Origin: Hormiphora californensis
Lineage: Eukaryota; Animalia; Ctenophora
Direction: 5' to 3'
DNA: 64,000 nt
Assembly (NCBI GenBank): GCA_020137815.1
Contig: CM035360.1
Location: forward strand, 6,262,001-6,326,000
Under the pieces are notes generated by a model, which saw only the letters and a program-made list of their open reading frames with translations, was not told the DNA's origin and made no database searches. Positions within the stretch are counted from its first letter, which is position 1, and each line of letters begins with the position of its first letter. Shown in pieces: positions 53,741 to 64,000 of this stretch. The position numbers and the translations under genes were made by a program.

Positions 53741-54533
53741 TAGTAGAGTCGATAACTACATCGACCTCTCCCAATTGTTCCAGTTTTTGTCACATCTGTT
53801 TGGAGCCTCGACACGACCTCTAAACAGGTGTTACTTTTTCACAAACTGTTTTCATCTTGGTGTAATCAGCAGTTGAAATGTTGCTAATCATAACAAAAAC
53901 CTGACTAAATTTTTTCAACTTGGGGTAAAACCATGGGTGTCAAAAGTTAGCTCTAGGTCCCCTGAGTAACCATCCGGAGACTCTAAGAGATATTTCAAGC
54001 CGTTCTCCCGTAATCATTAATCCCGGTGGAGAAAAAAATACAATGCGGACGTACGTGAGCGCTGGCAGGCTGTTTACATGTTATTGTATGTCTCTCACTC
54101 TCTCTGGAAAAACCGCACGTGCGGTTGCGCCGCGCGAGATAACTCTTTCTCAAGGGGGAGAAAAGAGAGAGACGCACATTAACGTTATACATTAAAGTTG
54201 AGGTTGTAGGCAATTGCACGTACGTCCATACTCAAATATGTGCTCTACCGGGATTAATGATTACAGGAGAACGGCTTGAAATATCTCTTAGAGTCTCCGG
54301 ATGGTTACTCAGGGGACTTAGAGCTAACTTTTGACACCCATGGTTTTACCCCAAGTTGAAAAAATTTAGTCAGGTTTTTGTTATGATTAGCAACATTTCA
54401 ACTGCTGATTACACCAAGATGAAAACAGTTTGTGAAAAAGTAACACCTGTTTAGAGGTCGTGTCGAGGCTCCAAACAGATGTGACAAAAACTGGAACAAT
54501 TGGGAGAGGTCGATGTAGTTATCGACTCTACTA
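53741..54533. mobile_element. Foldback MITE with ~287-bp TIRs (TAG...CTA termini, Academ-like)
   Basis: TGT|TAGTAGAGTCGATAACTAC...GTAGTTATCGACTCTACTA|TGT. An alternative reading gives a 5-bp TSD ATGTT. Confidence 0.88.
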
Positions 54534-54792
54534 TGTTGTTTCTTCTTTTGACTAAACAATGACGATTTGTTTACATATTAATATTATTCTCCGCTTTCAA
54601 GACACCATTTCAGATAGCTTGCAGGCATGGCCAATGGGCAAGAAACAAGAAGTGTGTAATTGAAAGAGATTCGCTCCAAAATAATTTGAATTCTGATACT
54701 CATAGTATTACTATCCGAATGTTTAGTGGGTTTAAATGTAAGGGTGTGTTACACTTTCCAGGCGTGTTACACGTTTGGCGTGTTACACGTTT

Positions 54793-54906
54793 GGGATGGG
54801 AATGGTTGTGTGATGTGTGTCGTTGCTGCCAACTTCCACCGCTCACATGACAAGTCCGATCAGTCCACCTCCCCGTGGTCCATCCTGGGTCATGCTAAGA
54901 GACTGA
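54793..54906 (+). ncRNA. HDV-like self-cleaving ribozyme (minimal P4) at the RTE 5' end
   Basis: P1 GGGATGG (54793-99)/CCATCCT (54880-86, G1-U wobble); P2 TCAGTC/GACTGA; P3 ACC/GGT around L3 TCCCCGT; P1.1 CC/GG; J4/2 GCTAA with candidate catalytic C54895. Confidence 0.82.
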
Positions 54907-56531
54907 GGGGCAATGCGGCGTGTCGTGCTAGCAACTCGTCACGCTTTAAAATCTTGCTACGAATCTCTCGGTGTCCTCCTCAAATTTGGCGTCGGTGAAA
55001 GCTGGCAAGCACCTTATTCCGGACAGCGAGGTTAGGGTGACCAGAGGACGGGAGGAGGGTAAAGCTGGGTCAGGTGATTCGGGGCCCTCCGACCTGATGG
55101 GAGTCTCGGATCTGGTGTCATTCAATCGCAGAGTTATTTCTGGCCAACACATCCCTGGTGTGGCCGCTCCGGGTTCTTTTAGTTCCTTTAGTTCTTTTAA
55201 GCCAATTAATGCAGTCCGTAATCATTTTCATCTGGCAACTTGGAATGTTTTATCTCTACAGTCATCATCCTCTAAGTTGTACGAATTATCAAACGCAGTT
55301 TCATCTTTCCAACTTGACGTTTTGCTTCTCACAGAAACGCACTGGCCTGGTACGGAGGTTATGACCCTGGATAACGGGCATCTTACTCTGGCAGCCGCAT
55401 TTCGCCATTATGGTCTTCCAGAGAAGTATGTCCGGATAATTCGAGCATTCTTTGACGGTACTATGAGTGCAGTGAAACATGACGGGGAGCTCTCCAGCTG
55501 GTTCAGTGTCCTCAGTGGTACCGGTCAGGGCGACATTCAGGGTCCACCAGTCTTCAACATCGTGATTAACTGGGCGGCTCAGCTCGCTGAGTCCAACAAG
55601 ACGGTCTCTAGGGGTCTCACTCTTCATGGCGCTGAGAGTGATGGGGGTGGAGAATGGATCTTGGATCTCGATTATGCTGATGACATGGCTGTAATGGATG
55701 ATACTGAGGAAGGGCTCCAGGAGTCAACAAATTTGCTGGTAAAATACGCAGGGTACGCTGGTCTGAAGATTAATGCGAAGAAGACCAAAGTTGTGGCTTT
55801 TTCAAAGGGTCTTAGCCAGCGCCCATTTTCAGAGGCGGATACGGTCAGCATCTCTGTGGAGGGTAATCCGGTTGAGCAGGTTTCCAGTTTTACCTATCTC
55901 GGATCGGCGTTGTCCTCTGACGTTACCATCGACAAGGAGCTTGGTATCAGGATAGGGAAGGCTTACAGTGCATTCAGTATGCTTTGTAGGATCTGGTACA
56001 ACCGTAACATCAGGACCTGTACCAAGATCAGGATATACAGAGCTGCTGTTCTGACAGTTCTTCTCTATGGTTGTGAGGCCTGGACAACTACTCAGGTCCA
56101 AGATCGCCGGGTGGAGGCGTTCCACCAACGGTGCCTGCGTAGAATCCTGAGAATACAGTGGTTTAGGAGAGTATCTAACAGGGAGGTACTGGAGAGGGCG
56201 GGGATAGAACCAATCTCGAAGTTCATTGGCAATGGGAGACTCCGCTGGTTTGGACACCTGATTAGAATGCCTGAGGGTAGGGTGCCCAACAAACTCTACC
56301 ACTGGGTGCCTAGTCATGGGAGACGTTCCAGAGGAAGACCGCGTAAAACCTGGTCCTCCTGTGTGCTGAATGATTATCGAGACGCTACGGGTCAATCCCA
56401 GTCTCTCCGTGCAATTACTAACACTGCAGAGAACAGAAATGAGTGGAGACAGCTCACGTCATTACGAGCGAGGATACTTGGAGCCGGCCACTCGAATGAT
56501 TGAGGAGACCGTACCAAGTACAAGTAAGTAA
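54793..56531 (+). mobile_element. RTE-clade non-LTR retrotransposon, internally deleted
   Basis: ORF 54971-56503 has the APE N-terminus (ATWNV, LLLTETHW) fused to RT (GQGDIQGP, YADD, FTYLGS, LLYGCEAW, LRWFGHLIRM, GRRSRGRPRKTW). (CAAGT/AAGT)n tail. 12-bp TSD GTGTTACACGTT at 54780-54791 and 56532-56543. Confidence 0.92.
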
Positions 56532-57954
56532 GTGTTACACGTTCCAGCCTCGTCCACAGTCCAGCAGTGACCGAGAACAACATGCCAGGGAGCTCAGGAG
56601 CTCTGCTTCTCAAAATTCCCAATCAATCAAGCCTGGAAAGTGTAATTATTTCTCATTTATTTCAAAGAGGAAACGAGAGCCGTGGTCGGTGCATCGGCCT
56701 GACAGCTTCTTTCCGAGCAACGGAATATGGCCAAAAATGTCCAAAAAAGTGTGAATTTTATTTTCCGTGTCTGCCGCAAGAGTTTCAAAATATTTTTTAC
56801 GCTGCATTACCCAAATGCGCGTCGTAATCCAGTGCGCGCGCGTTGCAATTTAAAAACTTGAAACATGACCGCAACGAGGGGACTGGAGGGAATGCCGCGC
56901 GCGCGTTTGGCCTGATCCCGGCCGGGTCGAAGATAACTTTGCGGTCGAAAAAACGGCGGTGCTTATAACTTTGGCTCCTGAAGTCCGTTTGACTTGATTC
57001 TTTCACCAGTTGTTAGATCTGACGATTATCTACCTTGCTGTTTTTGAGAGAAGTTAATTGGACTTAAGGAGGCTGAGCAATAGCCGTTGAAAGATGGGTT
57101 GTTTTCAAAAAGTGACGTCACAGATTCTTGCAGGGACACCTTTTTAAAAATTTCATTCAAATTTTGATTTTACCGCACTCGATTTTGCGGAGTTTGGTTC
57201 ATATCTCCTGTTCCTGATAAGATAGAGACCTGAAACCGGTTGCATTTGAAAGCTGTTATCTTCCTCTTTCCAACGCTACCAAAACGATTTCTGTACCTTA
57301 TCTGGAACCGGAGATATGATTGATTATGTATTCCCCCCTAGCGCGGTATTCCCTCCAGGCCCCTTATATTATATTATAAGGGGCCTGCAACGTATGCCAA
57401 CGAAAAATGGGAACAACCCCCAAAATCGAGCTGTCTGCCGTTTCCTTTCGTTTTCTCGGTTGTTAATGCATAAATTAATAAGCGTGTAGGATACATCATA
57501 AACGAGCTGAAAGTTGTTTTAAGTGATTTTTCACAAGTTTACGAATTACGGTCATTGCCTGAAGGCTGAAAGTTTCACTTAATTAGACTTTAAACAGGAC
57601 AGATCAGCGATGACATCCATACGACGAACTCCATGAGCAAGAATTGTTGTATGTGCTACAGTCCCATCAAATCGTGTCAGAAGGGACTGCAGCAGCGTAT
57701 GCCAACCGGCAACGAGATAAAAAAATAGATCCGATAACCGATTTTTGCTATCGCCTCTGATATCAACGCTGAAAAAGGTGCAAGTTTCGATTCATCTCTT
57801 GCTGCTCTAGTTAATTTTGTTCACAAACAAATTTTCCTCGTCAAATTAAAAACCATGCATTTTCAAAGAATAAAATGATCACGAGAAAGAAAAAGAGAAC
57901 AATATTACATTTAATTTTACACACATCAAGTTTCTAGACAAATAAGAGTGTATG

Positions 57955-59034
57955 CTAGTCCGCTTCAACTATCACAGTTTCTGACATCACCCTCTGTATG
58001 GGCTCTACCTTCCGTGACATTGCCTTCATCGAGTAGTTCATTCTTCTTACCGTCTGGACCGTGCTCATCAGGTCTTCAACCTGAGTTTTACCCATCCATT
58101 TATATACTGTGTTCCATATGAACCTCTTGAATCGTCCATTAGTCAGGGTATAGATAATTGGGTTGCACGCTACGTTGACATAGTACAATTCCACCTGGAG
58201 GATATAAAACCAGCTGGGCATGGGCACAGTTAACACTTGCAACATGGCCCTGAGACAGAGGGGTGTGACTGATATAACAAACACCCATGATACAGCTGAT
58301 ACAGTGATGACTGCGTTCCTACTGATAGCTGCCTTCTTCCCAGCCTTCTTCGCAGTGTATTTGCTGGCTATGTAGAGAATTGTCAGGTTGCTAACTATGA
58401 TTAGAAGGACCGGTAGACCCCCGAATAGGGTGACACATGTTATGGTGTATGCGAGCTGGGACCTGTCTGCTGATAGTCCACTTGTATTGCACGCCAGGAT
58501 ATACGGGTCAAAGAATGTATATTGTCCCATTATAAAGACAGCGTTAACAACAAATAGGATACTCAAACCCCACACTCCCGCCATGATCTTTTTCCCGTGA
58601 CTCTTGCCCAGGTTTTGTGCAGTGAACGGTTTCAACAGCACGAACACCCTGTAACTTGAGATCAACACCAGGGTTATTAGTTCACAGAATGTGGGTATGT
58701 AGCCCACCATACCCTGAATAAAACACATCGCTGTACCCAGAACCCATTTCCGGGTGATCAGAGTGATGAGAATGGTAGTGCCGGAGAGGAAGGCGATAAT
58801 GAAATCAGTGAATGCCAGATGTTCCAGGAAGATGAGAGATACAGAATCCATGCTGATTGCGTTGAATTTGAGGGTTCCATACAGGACGATAGCATTTCCA
58901 AACAGTGCTAGGAGGAGCACTGGTAGGTGGTATACGATTAGCACCACATAGGCCCACTCGTGAAAGTTGAGGTAGTCGTTGATGTCTGTTATCTTGGTTT
59001 GGTTTGCTGTATCCACGAATATCAGGTCAGGCAT
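57955..59034 (-). CDS. Class A orphan GPCR, intronless
   Basis: 359 aa, 7 TM; FGN, LAFTDF, WVLGTAMC, SYRV at the DRY position, CNPIIY. Confidence 0.92.
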   Translation of the reverse strand: MPDLIFVDTANQTKITDINDYLNFHEWAYVVLIVYHLPVLLLALFGNAIVLYGTLKFNAISMDSVSLIFLEHLAFTDFIIAFLSGTTILITLITRKWVLGTAMCFIQGMVGYIPTFCELITLVLISSYRVFVLLKPFTAQNLGKSHGKKIMAGVWGLSILFVVNAVFIMGQYTFFDPYILACNTSGLSADRSQLAYTITCVTLFGGLPVLLIIVSNLTILYIASKYTAKKAGKKAAISRNAVITVSAVSWVFVISVTPLCLRAMLQVLTVPMPSWFYILQVELYYVNVACNPIIYTLTNGRFKRFIWNTVYKWMGKTQVEDLMSTVQTVRRMNYSMKAMSRKVEPIQRVMSETVIVEAD

Positions 59035-59873
59035 GGCTAGGTGCTAGGTGGGAATAGTTGGAGTTAGGGGAGTTGAGGAGAATGGGAATAGTTTGGGGCT
59101 CAAAGGTTTGTTTTGTTTTCAAACTGATCATTACTCTCCCATCTCTTACTCTTACACAAGTTATATGCAGGGGCATGTGCTCAACAACCACGTAGGACAT
59201 GTTCAATTAAACAGCTCCTAGTTCACTGTTTACTAAAGTTTCACTGTTAACTATAGTTCATGGGGCGTGCTCTCTTTCGTTCATCCATCACCCCACTCTC
59301 TTTATGTTATGTAAGGAATCCTGCAACGTTCTTTTCCAGCATAAACACAACGCATAATATTGTTCTCTCCACTCGACACTGCATGTTAAATTATTACTGC
59401 AGTGTACGTGATGTCCAGCGAAGAACAGAGTTTAAGTTTTCTCACCAGGAACTTTGCTCTAAAGATCGTTTTGACTCTTTTTGTTAAATGTTTTGTCTCT
59501 CTCACTCCCTACCTCTATCCATATCTCTCTTTCTCTCCCTGTCTCTCTCTCTCTCTCTCACTCCCTACCTCTCTCCCTCGGTTAAATGCTCTGTCATCAG
59601 TTAATTTTATCATAATTACTCAGTGAAGGAATATGTGTGTTTGACATTTTGACAAGCCTATGTAAAATATGTTGACTGTTGATATAGTGTACCTATTTAA
59701 GCCTGATAATAACGTGCCTATACCCTCCTGAGACTAAAGGAAGACCACCAATCAATAATGTAAATATATTCAACCTTAGTCTCTAACCAAATGTAACCAA
59801 ATGTATCCAACTCTAACCAATTCTTTCCAATTCAAACCAAATGTAACCAGATCTCTCCAAGTTAGCCGGTAGT

Positions 59874-60753
59874 ATGACAAGTGTTACTCAAGTTGCAGCC
59901 ACCGCTCTTTTTGGTCTCTCCGCTTATCTCTTTCCCGGACAAGTGGTCCGAGTTAGATCTGTTATAATTTACACCGTCGCTCACATACTATTTAATTTCG
60001 TTAAGGTAAGATCTCTAGTCGCTCACTAACTACTATTTAATGAGAGATCTCTAATGTAAGGTGCGTGGGTGGGGGTACATGTGTATCTGGTGGAAATTCA
60101 GTAGACCCCCACATCACCTTTTTACCATTACACGCCCCACTCTTGCGGCAATCTGTGCTAAACTGCACCGTCTGTAAAGTGCGGCTAACTATGTGCACTG
60201 GGCAAACAATTCAAGAGATACATATCAGATCTAAATAGCTCTACAACACCCCCCCCCCCACCATAAAACAAGTACCCCCTCTCCAAACAACTCAAGAGTT
60301 ACAGGGATAGGTATAAGAGATTAAATAACTGTTACAGATCGAACTAAGTACCTCCTCCCTTAACAAGCCCCCTGTTATAAATTACTCGTGTGTCACTGTC
60401 AGATGTTGCCCAGGGTGACTTATAATAAAATCTGCAAGATTCCTGGGGCTCCACTGAGGCATGAAACTACCTTGAATTTCTCTCCTACACAAATACTACT
60501 CTCAATTTAATTTCAACTCAGTTAATAAACCTCTCCTCTGACCTCTCTCACCCACCAATATACAACCCACACTCTCCCTACAGACATCAAAACAACCAGA
60601 GTTGCTTGGTAACGGGAGACTCCGTCAAGTTATTGAAGAATGCAGCAAAGTCCTAAATTCTACCTACTACCCAACTCCATGGTGTGTGGGACCACATCTC
60701 CAATCAATCGTCAGGGTCTTCCTACAGAACGTCCCCCGAACTAGACTAGAAAG
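59874..60753 (+). CDS. ABHD1/ABHD3-like alpha/beta hydrolase, first two exons only
   Basis: Exon 59874-60005 (MTSVTQ...ILFNFVK, hydrophobic anchor) splices in phase to 60584-60753 (TSKQPELLG...VLNSTYYPTPWCVGPHLQSIVRVF), resembling the ABHD3 YYPTxWC segment. Later exons were not found in the window. Confidence 0.75.
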
Positions 60754-61594
60754 GTAATTGTGACATCACAACATTTGATATACTGCAGTATAGTAAACGG
60801 TTGGTACTAGATGGTCTGCTTCCCCCTTCTCGCTATACCTCCCTCTCGTTTGGAGCAGACTATCAAAGTCAACAGTAAAGCAGAATACAAAAACTGAGCA
60901 CATGGCAGCTGGGCAAGCACATATAATGAAGCTCTGCGTATAAAATGTGTCTCTAGACAGCTATTATACACGTGTACGTTATAATACCATAAACCTAGAT
61001 GCTAATAAATATACAGAACCACCACGGGTATATAATGCACATAGAATGGTGTTATGTGACGTGTTGTCAAAACTAATTCACATGAGGTAGGAAGCAAAAT
61101 AAAATGAGAGTTTCATGATGAGCCGCTAATGAAATATATTGATGAACTATTTTGATGAATCTATTAGGCCGGGTATAATAGGAGACATGGTGAGATGATC
61201 AAGGCCACGACACGCACACTGGTCTGGCCAAACGCACACTGTGTGATCGGGCCGGTTGTAACTTTTGGCTAAATCATTTAATTCTGTCGCGATAATTGTT
61301 AGCTTGTTCTCAAGCTGCTCTGATTTTACTATCGGATGTCATGGTTATTCTGGATTCCACCTGAATCGATTTGAGAATTGCCTGATGATAATGATTACAA
61401 CTGGTCTGATGATTTTAATAATGTCTCATCTCTCTGCATGGTAAAATAGAAACAGCTGGAATTTAGTTGCTCCACCTGCTGGTGAAATAAAATTTCCCAT
61501 TTTCCCAAGAGTTACTTGGGGTGTTGGTGGTGTCTGTGTGCAAATGCACTATTGGTGTACACACGGTGCTTCCTGCACCAGGCACCGGGCACTA

Positions 61595-61640
<46 letters not shown>

Positions 61641-61682
61641 TCTCTCTCTCTCTCTCTCCTTCTCTTCTCTCTCCTCTCTCTC

Positions 61683-61867
<185 letters not shown>

Positions 61868-62016
61868 TCTCTAACTTCAATTTATATTGCTCGGGTATCC
61901 AATCTAGCACTACACGCATATGAAGCTCTCCAGAGAAACGACGGAAGAGCAGTTTGATCATTTCCTCAAGTTCCAGTTTACACAAGCAACAAAGAAAGAG
62001 AGAGCGAGAGAGAGAG

Positions 62017-62083
<67 letters not shown>

Positions 62084-62701
62084 GATAGGGGAGAAAGAGA
62101 TCAATGATCCCTATGCATCTACACGAACCTGGTTACACACCCGTTCGTGTTTGCTCAATCCGAAAAGGTGAATGTTGGTTTTGCTGACTTGAGACTATCA
62201 CTGTTTTCTTCAAACCATTTTTCTTTTTCAAACAGGGTCGAGCAAGACAAGAATATATCAACTGCATCAGCGCTGAATATATAAATTAGAATGGAGTCAA
62301 CTTGACTGAATCGTTACTATAGCATATAATGTAAATCCATATGCATTAATGAATGCTCGACGCTCGTTATAATTTTGAATCACATAGTCCAATGTAGAAG
62401 CGAGGATACGAATCAAGAAAGCGTGGACAACGTCTATTATAATTTCAGCCCAGTGAGAGTGGATAATACATTATATCCTGGGAAATCCAACATAAGTGTT
62501 ACCGGAAAGCATAACTTTTAGAATTTAAAAAAGTATGAAACAAAAGGCCCAGTAAGATTCGACTGGTTGATATGCAGTAGTGTGTTGGCAAGATAAATTA
62601 ATGGGCACCAGATGTTTCTAGGCGGGGTAGTTGGTGTGAAAATATCCTTTTCAACTTTTTATCTCTATCTCTCTCTCTCTCTCTCTCTCCCTCTATCTTT
62701 C

Positions 62702-62771
<70 letters not shown>

Positions 62772-62773
<2 letters not shown>

Positions 62774-63215
62774 AATCAAGGGGTTTTCAAGGGAATTTCT
62801 GAACTCTTCGAATAGAGGTTCCGTATGGAAATCTCTCTTCAGCTGCTTTATTCGTCCCTTCATCTCCATAACAGCGTTGTAAACACCGTTCACCAGGGCC
62901 GTCTTCTCCTGTACCGCCAATGAGAATCGTCTCATCTCTCCTTGCATGGCCCTGATTAGGAACAAAGTGTCGATTGTTGAATCCCAATTACTTTTCGGTT
63001 TAAATAGATGTAAAACATGGTTAATTATAATGTTTTTGTAACTAATCGGTTTTTTTAGTATTACCTCATGAACTCTGCTAATGGCAGCATTTCCGGTTTC
63101 TTCAGCAGTCCGAGGAGATTTGCTGCCTTTTCTTTCCTGGCGGCCAGGGTCTTGTTCTTCTTCATCTTGCCCTTACTGGTTCTCTTCATAGCAGACATTG
63201 TTGCTATGTTGGTAG
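62772..63215 (-). pseudogene. Spliced coding fragment, possibly hAT-like transposase remnant
   Basis: KAANLLGLLKKPEMLPLAEFM, a GT-AG intron (~63063-62991), then SNWDSTIDTLF...FSLAVQEKTALVNGVYNAVMEMKGRIKQLK, truncated by (AG)n. The family assignment is only a pattern impression. Confidence 0.3.
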
Positions 63216-64000
63216 AAGTACTCAGAACCAGAGGGCCATCTGGTATCGGGTATCCACAGACTACGACCGCTCCGAAGGTCCAAAACAAATCCACAAGATC
63301 CTGATTCTTGACCATGGTAACTCCACAAAGTTGGTCCAAAGGACCTTCTTGGGGCGGCGAATCCACTGTTCTTTAGGGCAGGGGCGTTCGGGGGCCTTGT
63401 TGGTTGATGTTGAGTCCAAAGGTACTGCTTGCTTCTCAGCCCTTCAGTCATAGGAGAGAAGAGTGGAGCCAAAGACGGCGGTGTCACTGTTCTCGTTGCT
63501 GTAGTTGACAAAACATCCTCAGCACTACTCACGCGAACAGCTTGAACATCATCCTGATCTCGAGCTGGATAGTTAAGCTCCCTCAGAGACTGCAAGGCAG
63601 TGTAGCGTATGGAAGGGTTTCCTTTGTTGTTTCCAGGATTCCCCTGAGAGAATCTTCGGCAGCGGAAGAGCTCCAAACAGACAGAGAAAAACTGCAATAA
63701 CTTTCATGTTGAATGATTTGGTGTTGGAAAAATATTTCTCACTTACATTTATACGTACAGGTGCACTCATACCGCCCAGATGTTCTAAGTAAATTGGGCT
63801 ATTGTTCATTTTGTCAGAAGTGAATATAATATTTCAATGCTAGTTTGACCAACTCTCTTTGTCTTGGCGTCTCTTTTATCCACCTCTGTCATTTTTACCA
63901 TTAAATGTGGGATTTTTAGTTACCCAGCCTTGGTTTGTGTGATTAAAACGGGTTATCTACTGGATATTTCCGGAGGATGTTTTAGCTCGTGTGCTAAAAA
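63215..64000 (-). pseudogene. Degraded 5' half of a sixth C1A protease copy with its promoter
   Basis: Recognisable [25 protein letters not shown] and WTFGAV with many small indels. The upstream ~260 bp matches the paralog A upstream region (29020-29277) to the window end. Confidence 0.8.

Overview
Eukaryotic (animal) genomic DNA with short GT-AG introns, (AG)n microsatellites and many MITEs. A ctenophore is my best guess from gene content and style; this is inference and cannot be confirmed here. Genes from left to right: 3' part of an SLC23/NAT nucleobase transporter; an intronless SLC22-like transporter; two related class-A GPCRs; an 11-exon ETNPPL/PHYKPL-like class-III aminotransferase; a cluster of five secreted papain-family (C1A) proteases (27.4-39.6 kb), four of them fused to ShKT modules; a two-exon 88-aa secreted peptide precursor that the ORF track misses; an ANKS6-like ankyrin gene; a mucin-stalk 7-TM protein; a third GPCR; the first two exons of an ABHD1/3-like hydrolase; and a degraded sixth protease copy. 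Best candidates for something new: (1) the peptide precursor at 39721-40147, which holds two EER-flanked amphipathic single-Cys helices and sits tail-to-tail with the protease-ShKT cluster, sharing promoter motifs with it (a possible cytolytic/digestive secretory cassette); (2) a 91-nt intron present in only one protease paralog, built from an 89-bp TIR element plus an 8-bp TSD (introner-type intron gain); (3) a minimal HDV-like ribozyme at the 5' end of an internally deleted RTE retrotransposon. All exon coordinates were read by eye.
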